This document shows positions 48,940 through 59,580 of a stretch of DNA of 64,000 nt, piece by piece. The stretch spans positions 1,568,001 through 1,632,000 of the forward strand of contig CAWIIB010000001.1 of assembly GCA_963836075.1 (NCBI GenBank). Direction: 5' to 3'. Below the pieces are notes generated by a model, which was not told the DNA's origin, ran no database searches, and saw nothing but the letters and a program-made list of their open reading frames with translations. The DNA is from an uncultured Acidobacteriota bacterium (GTDB lineage: Bacteria; Acidobacteriota; JAQAZP01). Numbering within the stretch: position 1 is the first letter of the stretch; each line of letters starts with the position of its first letter. A program made the translations under genes and the position numbers.

Positions 48940-50549
48940 GGTTTCTCCCGGTTGGCGATGAGTATGAATTCCCTGTGCCCGATGGCTTTTCTGGCTATTT
49001 CAGGCAGGGCCGCCAGGTAGGCGTCCTCCAACTCGTCGTGGTCACTGGTACCCACGACGGCCATGGAGAAAGTCGGACGCTCCATGAAGGCCTTGAGCTC
49101 TGCTTCGGTTTCGACGACATCCACCAGGGCGTCGGTGTAATAGACAAACGCCGCCCGGTAGTGCTTGTACATCACCCACTGTCCGCCCTGTTCCAGCCGT
49201 GAGGCGATTTCCTCGCAGAACGGCTTGGGCGTTTTGTAGACGTTCATCGCCGGGATCAGGACGTGGACTCCCAGAAGTATCAGCGCACCCATGAAAGCCG
49301 CCGGCAGGAAGATCAGCGCCCGGGGGTTGTCCCGGCGCCAGGCCACGAAGAGCAGCACGGCAAACGTCCCGGTGAGCACACTGGTAATGATGCCCAGTTT
49401 GAGGAACTGGGGGTATTCCAAACTGCCGGCCACCGGCAGGGCGACGGTGATCAGCAGCAGGATCGAGGCAAAGATCAGGGCAGGGATGACGATCGACTTC
49501 CGGAAATAGTTCTCCCTCCAGCCGTCAAGGGCCCGGTGTCCCAGGTAGCCCATCAACAGCGCCAGGCCCGGATAGAGCCCGAGGATATACTGGTGCCGTT
49601 TGCACTGGGCCAGGGAGAAGAAGACCAGCAGGGCGATGACCCAGACCAGCAGAAGCTTGAGATTCCTGCGGTCCGCCTCGCTGCGCCGGGAAAAGGCCAG
49701 GTGGAACGCACCGGGCAGGAACAGCGACCAGGGGAGGAAGGCCCACAGCAGACCCGCCAGGTAGTAATGGGCAGGCTGGTTGTGGGTCCAGGTGTTGAGA
49801 AACCGGGTCAGGTTGGTGGTGATCAGGAGCTCGGACCCGTAGTCGCTTCTCATCCCGGCCGGGATATACCAGGAGAGGGCGATGGCCGCGAAGATCAGCG
49901 TCCCCCAGACCAGCTTCATCTGCAGTATGTGCTTCAGGTCCTTCATCAGCACCAGGTAGACAAAGATCACCAGGCCGGGGATCACCAGGTTCACCGGCCC
50001 CATGGTCAGCACACCGAGACCGGTGGCGGCATACATCCAGAGATACGACCCCGTCCGTTTCTCCGGTTCCGAATATCCCCGGTGGAACATGAAGATGGCC
50101 AGGGTGGCGAAGAAGGTGGACAGCATGTAGGTCTGGGCCCACCGGCCGTTCTCCAGGAACATGACACTGGTGCCCAGGGCCACCGCACTGATGAACCCGG
50201 CGCGGGGCGAAAAAGCGCGCCGGCCCATGAGAAAGGTGAGCAGGATCGTCCCCATGGCCGCCAGGGCAGAGAAGATCCTCGCCCGGAACTCGTCCACATC
50301 GCCGTAGGGCAGGGAGATGATCCCCACCAGCCAGTTGTAGAGAGCGGGTTTGATGGTCCAGGGTATGCCGTTGCAGGTGGGATAGAGCCAGTTGCCCGTC
50401 CGGATCATCTCCCGGCTGATCTGGGCATACTCGTCCTCGTCGGGAGCCCACAGGTCACGGTCACCCACACCGTAGACAAAGAGAAAAAAACCGATGAAGA
50501 GCAGGGCGATGACCATGTTTCGGGTCTGTGCCGAACTAGGCTCAGTCAT
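48936..50549 (-). CDS. ArnT/PMT-like GT-C membrane glycosyltransferase
   Basis: DEDEYAQISREM, KPALYNW and FLPWS, multi-TM. AGGAG RBS. Confidence 0.88.
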   Translation of the reverse strand: MTEPSSAQTRNMVIALLFIGFFLFVYGVGDRDLWAPDEDEYAQISREMIRTGNWLYPTCNGIPWTIKPALYNWLVGIISLPYGDVDEFRARIFSALAAMGTILLTFLMGRRAFSPRAGFISAVALGTSVMFLENGRWAQTYMLSTFFATLAIFMFHRGYSEPEKRTGSYLWMYAATGLGVLTMGPVNLVIPGLVIFVYLVLMKDLKHILQMKLVWGTLIFAAIALSWYIPAGMRSDYGSELLITTNLTRFLNTWTHNQPAHYYLAGLLWAFLPWSLFLPGAFHLAFSRRSEADRRNLKLLLVWVIALLVFFSLAQCKRHQYILGLYPGLALLMGYLGHRALDGWRENYFRKSIVIPALIFASILLLITVALPVAGSLEYPQFLKLGIITSVLTGTFAVLLFVAWRRDNPRALIFLPAAFMGALILLGVHVLIPAMNVYKTPKPFCEEIASRLEQGGQWVMYKHYRAAFVYYTDALVDVVETEAELKAFMERPTFSMAVVGTSDHDELEDAYLAALPEIARKAIGHREFILIANREKP

Positions 50550-50646
50550 TGTCCAGGTCTCCTGACGGTCTTCACCATTGGCGTTCACAAGTCCCTCAAG
50601 TGTAATGAAATCCAAGTATTCGTCAAGTGAGGAAACGTCTGCCGGC

Positions 50647-52254
50647 CTAAGGATCCGGCATGTTCGAGACGATCAGGTTGTTCCCCTTGTCCCGGACGAT
50701 GAAGCACTTCTGCTGCAACGGCCCCAGGGGATCGTAGCGGCGGCGTTCGGTCACGAAATAGACCCGCCGGTCCGTTGCCAGAAATTCCTCCAGCTGGTCC
50801 GGCGAGTGCAGAACGATGGCCTGCCTTCCGGTGTAGAAGAGTATCGAATCCTTCATCTGCCAGTAGAACACGAACTTCTCGTCCGGGGGGACCAGCTGGT
50901 CCAGCTCGGCCCCCAGGGTTTTTGTGGAACGGTAGGGGTTGATGGATGGAACCACCCAGATGATGAACGGGATCATCAGCAGAAAGACCGTCCCCGCGGT
51001 CATCAGGAAACAGGCCTTGTATCTTCGGACCAGCAATAACATGAACGCAACCATGCCGCCCAGACAGGCCAGCCCGAAGATCCAGTTCACGCGTATGAGA
51101 TCGACGCCGTATCTGTATTCCACGCGAACCGGCGGCTTGAGCAGCAGGTAGACCACGGCAAAGACCAGAAAAGCCGAATAGAGGCCCGAGGACCAGATGA
51201 AAAATCGGTGGAGCCGAGGCGTGGGCTGACGAATCAGATCGTGCCAGAGCATAGCCACCAGCAGGGCTATGGCCGGGTAGAGAGGAAGGATGTATGTCGA
51301 CATCTTCGATCCCGCGGCGGAAAAGAAGAAAAAGATGAAACCGCACCAGATCAGGCAGAACAGCGTTCCGTCTTCGATCTTCCTCAGCCCCCCCCTTAAG
51401 CTGTGGACCAGGGCCAGCGGCAGGAAAAAGGACCAGGGGAAAAAGCCGCCGATCAGCCGGGGCAGGTAGTAGTAGAGCGGCTGCGGGTGCCGAGCCCCGG
51501 CCCCCCCGGTAAAGCTGTGCAGGTTCTTTTCAATGATGAAGTAGTGGAGATATTCAGTGTTTTTCAGACTGAGCAGAACATACCAGGGAGCGACGATCAG
51601 GACAAAGATCGCGATGCCCGGGCCCAGCTGCATCCGCTTGAGAAATCCGAGGTCTTTGCGGGTGAGCAGAAAGAGGCCGATGATGGCGGCGGGAACCAGC
51701 AGGCCGATGGGCCCCTTGGCCAGCACCGCGAACCCGGCCGAGACATAAAAGAGGACAAGATTCAGCCGCCGGCGCTCGGCGCAGGTACGGGCCGTATAAA
51801 AAAAATAGAGGGCGGCGGTGATGAAAAAGGCCAGGGCGATGTCATGGACCACGACGCGGGACAGCGCGATAAACTGGACACTGGTGGCCAGCACCACCCC
51901 ACCGAGAAAACCGGTCGTGCGGTTGAACATCCGCCGGCCCAGCAGGTAGGTGACCAGTACGCATCCCGTCCCCAGCAGTGCCGCGGGCAGCCGTGCCGCG
52001 AATTCGGTAAAACCGAACAGCAGAAAACAGATCGACACGAACCAGTTGAACAGTACCGTCTTGTCGTAGAACGGTTCGCCGTTGAAAACAGGGGTGATCC
52101 AGTCGCCGCTCTCCACCATTATCCTCGATGTGGAGGCATGCATCCCCTCGTCGATATCCCAGAGCGGCTGGTCCCCCAGACAGGTGAAGAACAGGACAAG
52201 ACAGCAGACGGAGAGGAGTGAGACGAAAAGAACGTCCTGCTTGTATTCGGTCAT
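50647..52254 (-). CDS. ArnT/PMT-like GT-C membrane glycosyltransferase
   Basis: DEGMHA, GDWITP, AARLP, LAKGPIG, FFPWS and YILPLYP. Confidence 0.9.
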   Translation of the reverse strand: MTEYKQDVLFVSLLSVCCLVLFFTCLGDQPLWDIDEGMHASTSRIMVESGDWITPVFNGEPFYDKTVLFNWFVSICFLLFGFTEFAARLPAALLGTGCVLVTYLLGRRMFNRTTGFLGGVVLATSVQFIALSRVVVHDIALAFFITAALYFFYTARTCAERRRLNLVLFYVSAGFAVLAKGPIGLLVPAAIIGLFLLTRKDLGFLKRMQLGPGIAIFVLIVAPWYVLLSLKNTEYLHYFIIEKNLHSFTGGAGARHPQPLYYYLPRLIGGFFPWSFFLPLALVHSLRGGLRKIEDGTLFCLIWCGFIFFFFSAAGSKMSTYILPLYPAIALLVAMLWHDLIRQPTPRLHRFFIWSSGLYSAFLVFAVVYLLLKPPVRVEYRYGVDLIRVNWIFGLACLGGMVAFMLLLVRRYKACFLMTAGTVFLLMIPFIIWVVPSINPYRSTKTLGAELDQLVPPDEKFVFYWQMKDSILFYTGRQAIVLHSPDQLEEFLATDRRVYFVTERRRYDPLGPLQQKCFIVRDKGNNLIVSNMPDP

Positions 52255-52462
52255 GGTGATTGCCGCCTGGAAGAACTCAGGATAGATAGGCATTCCGATT
52301 GTAAAAGTGTGCCAAGACCGCGTCAAGTGAGGGGGAGACCGGTCCTCCGCCGGCCTTGAAATTCCGGCCCGCCACTGTCTCTGCTTTCCCGGCACGTTCA
52401 AGGGCAGGGTTGCGCTCGAACCCCGGATGGAATAAAAATGGAGACAAAACGGTACCTGCCCC

Positions 52463-53236
52463 ATGGGCCCAAAGAAACGAAAAAGAACGTCGGCGCGCAA
52501 GCGCTCCGGGTGCCTGACCCGCCTGCTCCGCCCGGGCATGAAACTGGCGCTGCTCGCCGCGCTGGCCACGGCCGCCCTGGCCGGGTGGTGGTATCTCACC
52601 TGGCCCGACGTGGGCTCGCTGGCCACGCAGGCCCCGGAGACCACGGCCTTTATCGAGCAGAGTCGTGAGCGGTTGGGCCGGCAGCAGGTGCGATGGGCCC
52701 CGGTTCCCGGTGAGGGCATCTCCGACCGGCTGCGGGTGGCCGTCCTGGTGTCCGAAGACATCGGTTTCTTTGATCACCGGGGATTTGAAAAGAGCGAGAT
52801 CGAGGCGGCAATCCGGGACTCCATCGCGGAACGGAAGCCGCTGCGCGGTGCCTCCACCATCACCCAGCAGCTGGCCAAGAACCTCTGGCTCTCTCCCTCC
52901 CGCAACCCGCTGCGCAAGCTGCGTGAGGCGCTGCTCACCATCGACCTGGAACGCTGGCTGACCAAAGAGCGGATCCTTGACCTCTACCTCAACGTGGCCG
53001 AGTTCGGCCCCGGCATTTTCGGCGCCGAGGCGGCGTCCCGGCACTATTTCGGAAAGCCGGCCTCGGACCTGGAGGCCGGCGAAGCGGCCAGCCTGGCCGC
53101 GGGCCTCTCCCGGCCATCCCAATGGCACCCCGGCTGCGGCAGCGCCTCGTATCAAAGACACGTGCGCACCATCCGGAACAGGATGAAGAAGGTGCGCGGT
53201 CTGCCGATCGGCACGGCCGGCGGATCATCCCCCTGA
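52463..53236 (+). CDS. mtgA: Monofunctional peptidoglycan transglycosylase (GT51)
   Basis: SEDxxFFDHxG, RGASTITQQLAKNL, RKLRE and KERILDLYLN. Confidence 0.9.
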   Translation: MGPKKRKRTSARKRSGCLTRLLRPGMKLALLAALATAALAGWWYLTWPDVGSLATQAPETTAFIEQSRERLGRQQVRWAPVPGEGISDRLRVAVLVSEDIGFFDHRGFEKSEIEAAIRDSIAERKPLRGASTITQQLAKNLWLSPSRNPLRKLREALLTIDLERWLTKERILDLYLNVAEFGPGIFGAEAASRHYFGKPASDLEAGEAASLAAGLSRPSQWHPGCGSASYQRHVRTIRNRMKKVRGLPIGTAGGSSP

Positions 53237-56200
53237 CGGAGCGGCCTCATCGTCCTGTCTCACCTTGCTGAACCGGGCAAGGAAGGAGTAGACCACCGGC
53301 ACCAGAACCAGGGTGAAGAAGGTGGAGAAGAAGACGCCGCCCACCACCACGATGCCCAGCGGCCGGCGGGCCTCGGCGCCGGCGCCCAGGCCGGCGGCGA
53401 TGGGCAGCACGCCGAAGATGGTGGAGAAGGAGGTCATCAGGATCGGGCGCAGACGGATCGCCGCCGCCTCGGTCACCGCCTCGCGGATGCCCATCCCCCT
53501 CCCGCGCAGCTGGTTGGCGAACTCGACGATGAGGATCGCGTTCTTGGCCACCAGGCCGATGAGCATGATCAGGCCGATCTGGGAGTAGATGTTGAGGCTC
53601 TGGCCGAAGAAATAGAGGCAGGCCAGCGCCCCGAAGAGGGCCAGGGGCACGGTGAGCAGGATGGTCAGCGGGTCGATGAAACTTTCGAACTGCGCCGACA
53701 GGACCAGGAAGACGAAGGCCACGGCGAGGATGAACATGAAATAGAGGCTGGAGCTGGAGGTCTTGTATTCCAGCGAGCGGCCGGCGTACTCCCGCTTGAC
53801 GCTCGGCGGCAGCGAGCTGCGGGCGATGCGGTCCAGGTCGTCCAGCGCCTGGCCCAGCCCCACGCCAGGGGCCAGGCTGGCGGTGATCTTTGCCGAGCGG
53901 ACGCGGTTGAAGTGGTTCAGCTCCTTCGGCGCCACCGTCTCGCGCACGTTAACCACGCTGGCCAGCTGCACCAGACCGCCTTTGCTCCTGAGGTAGAGCC
54001 CGTCGATCACGTCGGGGGTGGAGCGGCCCGAGGGCTTCATCTGGGCGATCACGTCGTATTGCTTGGTCCCCCGCTTGAACTGCGTCACCACCCGGCCGCC
54101 GAGCAGCATCTCCAGGGTGGAGCCGATGTCGGTCACCGAGATGCCGAGGCCGGCGGCCCGTTCGCGGTCGATGAGGATGTCCAGCTGGGGCTTGTTCAGC
54201 CGCAGGTCGGTGTCGAGGTTGATCAGGTAGCCCAGCTTTGTCGCCTCGCCCATCATGATCCCCACCGCCTGGTTCAGCTGGCCGTAGGTCTCGGCCTCCA
54301 GCACGTATTCCACGTCGGAAGTGAAACGGCCGCCGAGGCTCGGCGGGTTGATCAGGAAGGCCAGTACGCCAGGGATGCCGAGCAGCCGCGGGAACATCTG
54401 CTGGACGATCTGCTGCTGCGACCGCTCCCGCTGGTCGCGCGGCTTGAGGTTGAGGAAGAGGAAGCCGTTGGTCACCCGGCCCGGGCCGCCAAAGCCGAGG
54501 CCGGTGGCGGTGAACAGCCCCCGCCGTTCGGGCAGCGGCATCAGCACCGCCTCGATCTCGCGCATGTAGCGGTCGGTGTACTCCAGGGTGGCTCCTTCGG
54601 GGGCGATGACGATGCCGAAACCGGTGCCCCGGTCCTCGGTGGGCACCAGCTCGCTGGGCAGCTGGAGGAAGAACCAGCCGCTGGCCGCCACCAGGATCAG
54701 CGAGACGAGAATCATCAGCAGCCGGAAGCGGAGCACCAGGCCAAGGGTGCCCCGGAACAGACGGTCGAGACCATTGAAAAACACGTCGAATGAACGGGCG
54801 GCCCAGCTGCTGCTCTCGCCGTGCAGCCGCTTGAGCACCCGGGCGGAAAGCATCGGCGAGAGGGTCAGGGCGACGAAGCTGGAGATGGCCACCGCCACGG
54901 CCAGGGCCACGCCGAACTCGTTGAACAGCCGGCCCACCGAACCGGTGAGGAAGGCCAGCGGCACGAAGACGGCCACCAGGGAGATTGAAGTGGCGATCAC
55001 GGCAAAACCCACCTCCTGCACCCCGTCCACCGCAGCCACCCGCCGGCGCTTGCCCATCTCCATGTGGCGGTAGATGTTCTCCAGCACCACGATGGAATCG
55101 TCCACCACCAGGCCGATGGCCAGCACCAGGGCCAGCAGGGTCAGCACATTGATGGTGTAGCCGGCGAAGTAGAGCACGGTGAAGGTGCCCACCAGCGAGA
55201 CGGGGATGGAGATGAAGGGGATGATCGTGGCGCGGAAGCTTTTCAAAAAGACCAGCACCACCAGCACCACCAGGGCCATGGCGATAGCCAGGGTTTGGGC
55301 CACCTCGTCGATGGAAGCCTGGATGAATGCCGACGAATCGTAGGCCACGTCGATGCGCATCCCCTCGGGCAGCAGTCCGGTCAGTTCGGGCAGCGCCTCG
55401 CGGACCCGCCGGGCCACGTCAAGGGTGCTGGCCTTGGACTGCTTGACGATCCCCAGCCCCACCGCCGGCAGGCCATTGAAGCGGGCCACGCTCCGCTCGT
55501 CCTCGGCCCCCACGGTGACCTCGGCCACGTCGCCGAGGCGGATCCGGTCGTCACCGTCCTGGGCCACGATGATCGCCGCGAACTCGTCGGGCATGGCCAG
55601 CTCGCCGCGGGTCCGCACGGCGAACTCCCGCTCGTCACCCTCCACCCGGCCGCCGGGGATCTCGGCGTTCTCCCGCCGGATCGCCGCCTCCACTTCCTGG
55701 GTGGTCAGTCCCCGGGCAGCCATGCGCTGCGGGTCGAGCCAGACCCGCATGGCATAGCGGCGCTCGCCGCCGATGATCACCGAACCGACGCCGCTGAGCC
55801 GCTGGAGCCGCTCTTTGAGAATCCGGTCGGCGATGTCGGACAGTTCGAGGCCGTCATGGCGGTCGCTGGAGAGGGCCAGCCAGACGATGGCCTGGGCGTC
55901 GGCGTCCACCTTGGCGATGATCGGGTCGTCGACCTCCCGCGGCAGCTGGCCGCGGATCCGTGAGACCCGGTCGCGCACGTCGTTGGCCGCCTCGTCCACA
56001 TCCCGGCTCAGTTCGAACTCGATGGTGATCACCGAGCCCTGCTCGCGGCTGGACGAGGAGAGGGTCTTGACGCCGGAGAGGGTGGCGAACTGCTCTTCGA
56101 GCACGTTGGTGATCTCGGTCTCCACCACGCTGGGGCTCGCCCCGCGGTAGAGGGTGGTCACCGAGATGATCGGCGGGTCGATGTCGGGATATTCGCGCAC

Positions 56201-56299
56201 CGGCAGCCGGGTGAAGGAAATGACGCCAAAGAGCACAATGGCCAGGCTCATCACCGTGGCAAAGACCGGCCGCTTGATGGAGAAGTCGCTCAGTTTCAC
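53225..56299 (-). CDS. RND efflux permease (AcrB/MdtC family)
   Basis: IKRPVFA, GLVVDDSIVVLEN, GLVAKNAILIVEFA and RLRPILMT. Confidence 0.95.
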   Translation of the reverse strand: MKLSDFSIKRPVFATVMSLAIVLFGVISFTRLPVREYPDIDPPIISVTTLYRGASPSVVETEITNVLEEQFATLSGVKTLSSSSREQGSVITIEFELSRDVDEAANDVRDRVSRIRGQLPREVDDPIIAKVDADAQAIVWLALSSDRHDGLELSDIADRILKERLQRLSGVGSVIIGGERRYAMRVWLDPQRMAARGLTTQEVEAAIRRENAEIPGGRVEGDEREFAVRTRGELAMPDEFAAIIVAQDGDDRIRLGDVAEVTVGAEDERSVARFNGLPAVGLGIVKQSKASTLDVARRVREALPELTGLLPEGMRIDVAYDSSAFIQASIDEVAQTLAIAMALVVLVVLVFLKSFRATIIPFISIPVSLVGTFTVLYFAGYTINVLTLLALVLAIGLVVDDSIVVLENIYRHMEMGKRRRVAAVDGVQEVGFAVIATSISLVAVFVPLAFLTGSVGRLFNEFGVALAVAVAISSFVALTLSPMLSARVLKRLHGESSSWAARSFDVFFNGLDRLFRGTLGLVLRFRLLMILVSLILVAASGWFFLQLPSELVPTEDRGTGFGIVIAPEGATLEYTDRYMREIEAVLMPLPERRGLFTATGLGFGGPGRVTNGFLFLNLKPRDQRERSQQQIVQQMFPRLLGIPGVLAFLINPPSLGGRFTSDVEYVLEAETYGQLNQAVGIMMGEATKLGYLINLDTDLRLNKPQLDILIDRERAAGLGISVTDIGSTLEMLLGGRVVTQFKRGTKQYDVIAQMKPSGRSTPDVIDGLYLRSKGGLVQLASVVNVRETVAPKELNHFNRVRSAKITASLAPGVGLGQALDDLDRIARSSLPPSVKREYAGRSLEYKTSSSSLYFMFILAVAFVFLVLSAQFESFIDPLTILLTVPLALFGALACLYFFGQSLNIYSQIGLIMLIGLVAKNAILIVEFANQLRGRGMGIREAVTEAAAIRLRPILMTSFSTIFGVLPIAAGLGAGAEARRPLGIVVVGGVFFSTFFTLVLVPVVYSFLARFSKVRQDDEAAPSGG

Positions 56300-57406
56300 C
56301 GGGCGTCCTCCGCACCACTCCCGTCAGCGGGGGCGGCCGGAGGCGGTCCGCCCATCCCCTCACCCGCCGGCTGGACCTTTGCCCCCTCGAAGAGCTTCTG
56401 GTGCCCGGAGCGCACCACCACGGGCCCCCGGTTCCAGGCCGCGGATGACCTCCACCGAGGCCGCCAGGCGGGTGCCCAGTGACACCGCCCGCCGGGTCAC
56501 CGTGCCCCCGTCGAGGATCTCGAAGACATAGGTCTGGTTGCCGTCCACAAAGACGGCTTCGTTGGGGATGGTCAGCGCCTCCAGACGCTCACCGAGCACG
56601 GCGGACACATCGGCCGACATGCCGGGCCTGAACTTCCCCTCGGGGTTGTTCACCCGGGCCACCAGGCGAGCGCTGCGGGTGGCCGCGTCGAGCAGCGGCT
56701 CCACCACGATGATCTCCCCGGTCAACTGGTAGCCCGGGAAGGCGGTGGTGGAAATGGTCACCTCCGCCCCGCGGTTCAGCCGGCCCAGATACCGCTCGGG
56801 GGCCGAAAAGTTGATCCTGATCTCGGTGATCCGGGCCAGGTCGGTGATCGCCTCACCCGCCCGCAGGTAGGCTCCAGGGCTGACCCGGCGGGCGCCGAGC
56901 ATCCCGCCGAACGGCGCGGTGATCCTGGTTTTGTCCAACCGGGCCCTGGCCAGCGCCAGGTCCGCTTCGGCCACCTTCCGCGCGGCGGCGGCATCGTCCA
57001 GGTCCTGGGGCGAACCGGCCGACTGGTCCACCACGGCCTTGATCCGGTCGTAGATCGACTGTTTCTGGGCCAGCAGCGCTTCGGCCCGCGCCAGCTCCGC
57101 TTCCAGCTGGGTGCCGTCGAGCCGGGCGATCAGCCCGCCGCGGGAGATGGGCGCGCCCTCGCGAAACGGCAGTTCCACCACCACCCCGTTGATCTCGGAC
57201 ACCACGGTGATCGCCTTCTCCGCCTCGATGGTGCCCACCGCCTGGAAATGGTCCACCACCGGCTCGGTCACCGCCTGGGCCGCTTCCACCGGTGTGGGCG
57301 GCATGGTGAACCCTCCCCCGCCCGCCGGCGGGCCGGAGCAGCCGGGGACCGCCAGGAGCAGGATGAGGAGCACCACAGTCCGGCACGCGTAGCTGTTATC
57401 AGTCAT
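56296..57406 (-). CDS. RND periplasmic adaptor (MFP) subunit with an apparent +1 frameshift near 56422-56429
   Basis: Lipoprotein-like N-terminus, TRITAPFGG and FRPGMS. Removing one base restores VVVRSGHQKLFEGAKV and a stop that overlaps the RND GTG start. Confidence 0.85.
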
Positions 57407-57411
57407 CGATC

Positions 57412-59048
57412 TCACTCCCCCCCCGCTGTTCGGCCGGTCCGGATAACGGCCGGATGTCTGCTGCCGGAGACGCGCCGCGGCCTTGGCCGTCCGCACCAGC
57501 GCGTCGGAATAGCGCTGCTGAGCCGAGGCCATGTCGGCCCCCAGCCGCACCAGCTCGAAGGCGGTGATCCGCCCGTTGCGGAACTCGATCATACCGATGC
57601 GCACCTGCTCCAGGGCCGCGTTCACACCATACTCGGCGGCTTCCAGGCGTGCGGTGCCGTTGACGATCTCCCGGTGGCTGGCCCGCACCTCCTCCTCCAG
57701 CTGGCGCTCGGCGTCCACCAGCAGTTGCGCCGCCCGCTGCACCTCGGCCTCCCGCCGCTGGTATTCGCCGCGCTCCTGGCGCAGGCCCACCGGCAGCAGA
57801 AACTCGAGGCCCAGGCTCCAGGTGGGATGGTCCCAGCCGAAGACCTGGGACCAGGCGTCGGAAATGTTGCCGGACGTTTCATTGGGGATCACCGTGTCGC
57901 CGAAGATGACGTCCTGCCCTTCACCCGACAGACCCGTAGTGGCCCACCGAGCCGAAGAGGTTCACCGCGGGCCGCGCCCTCCGCCGGGCCGCCTCCACCC
58001 GCACCTCCAGGGCTTCGATCTCGTAACGGGCGGCGAGCAGCAGCTGGTTGTGCTCCAGGGCCCGGGCCACCAGGCCCTCCACCGGCTCAAGCGCCACATG
58101 GCTCAGCGGCTCGTCCAGCGGGTTGAAGCGGGAATGCCCCTCTACCGGCCGCCGGCCGATGAGCGAGGCAAGGCTGTCGGAGATCGCATCCAGCAGTTCC
58201 TGGCGGTCCAGCTCGGCCAGCTGCTGCTCGGCGAGGAAGACCCGGGCATTGGCCACCTGCCCCGGCCCCACCAGGCCCACATCGGCCCGCAGCTGCGCCT
58301 CTTCCAGCAGGGAGGCGGCACGGCTGCGGATCAGCATCTGTACCGCCAGGTCCCGCTCCGCGGCATAGAGGTCCCAGTAGAGCGACTCCACCTCGCCACG
58401 GACCGCGAAAACGGTGTCGGCATAACGAGCCCGGGATGCTTCGAGACGGCGCTCGGCAAAAGTCAGGTTCTCACGGGCGGCGGCGCCGGAACCGCCCAGC
58501 AGCGGGTGCCGGATAGTCAGGTTGGAGAAACTGTCGTACTGGGGGTTCAGCGAGGCGAATTCGGAATTGGTCCCGCCGCGGATCGAGGAGAGCGAGGCTT
58601 CGATCTCCGTGCCGGTGGGCAGGTCGATGCGCACCCCGCCAACGGCGGTGGTCTCCCGGGTTTCCAGCACCTCCGCCCCGGAAAAGAACGACGACGTGGG
58701 CGTATCGGTGTCCGAGTGCGCAAGGTCGAGAAACAGCTCCGGGTCGAAGCCGCCACGTTCCCGGATCACCGTGCTCTCCGCCGCCTCGAGACCGGCCCGG
58801 GCCTCGCGAACCGCCGCGGCCTCCAGCAGGGCCAGGTCGATGGCCTCCTCCAGGGTCAGGTCATCACCCCCGATGGCGGCCAGGGTCACCTCCAGCGCCT
58901 TCCCCGGCGAATTCTCCATCTCCTCGTCGGTGATCCCCACCTCCTCGGCCCATGCGGCGGAGGAGCAGAGCAGCACCAGGGCCGCGAGAACCGGGAGCAC
59001 GATCCAGCGCCTGCCACCGGCGGATCGGGATTCGTATCCTGTATGCAA
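57412..59048 (-). CDS. TolC-family outer membrane efflux protein with apparent +1 frameshifts at ~57934 and in the C8 tract 57417-57424
   Basis: Signal peptide, LTLEEAIDLAL and VESLYWDL. The two ORFs join (YGLSGEGQDVIFGDTVIPNE) if one base is removed. TTG start after AGGAGG. Confidence 0.8.
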
Positions 59049-59334
59049 GGATCTCTTCCTCCTGAATTGATGAACCATACCGGAGAATCTATCACAGGAG
59101 GGTGAATGTGTCACAGGAGGGGGGGATGTGCAGGGGGACGCCCCCCCCGGGACTAAAGTATCTGTTGATTTAATATAAGAGGCCGGCAAGCGAACCGGGA
59201 TGGTGTGAAAAGCAGTGACACGATCCACAACAACAATAAGAGCAATAGTTTGCACTGGAGGCTCCGGCGTTCCAGTCGACTTATGCCTACAACATCGATA
59301 TACATTACAGAATTCACATACATACGAATAGCAA

Positions 59335-59363
59335 TTGACAATTACCGAAAATAAGCTTATTTA
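59335..59363 (+). promoter_or_regulatory. Sigma70-type promoter of C25 protease 1
   Basis: TTGACA-N17-TATTTA, with identical hexamers and spacing at 62830-62858. Confidence 0.7.
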
Positions 59364-59378
59364 ACATCGGTAAGATTG

Positions 59379-59452
59379 ACTGCCATGCAGGCGGTCCGGT
59401 ACTCAGGCAGCCGGCCCCCCGCGGTTTTTCCATCCCGTGCCTGAGGTGAGAG
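59379..59452 (+). promoter_or_regulatory. Conserved structured 5' leader element, copy 1
   Basis: ACTGCCATGC...CTCAGGCA...CGGTTTTTC...TGCCTGAGGTGAGAG. 59402-59409 pairs with 59438-59445. Confidence 0.5.
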
Positions 59453-59580
59453 CTTTTGTCGCCGTCGTATTCAATAAATGCCATAACAAAGAACGAGTTG
59501 TGATACCCGGGAGAACTCTGCCGCATGGCAGAACAGAGGCAGGTCCTCCCACGAACCGCAGCACCACTGGAGGAGTTTTG

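Noticed and set aside
56360-57892. Natural TolC-MFP fusion protein (510-aa ORF)
   Set aside because: Explained by one extra base in a C8 run. The adaptor has its own Met and signal peptide.
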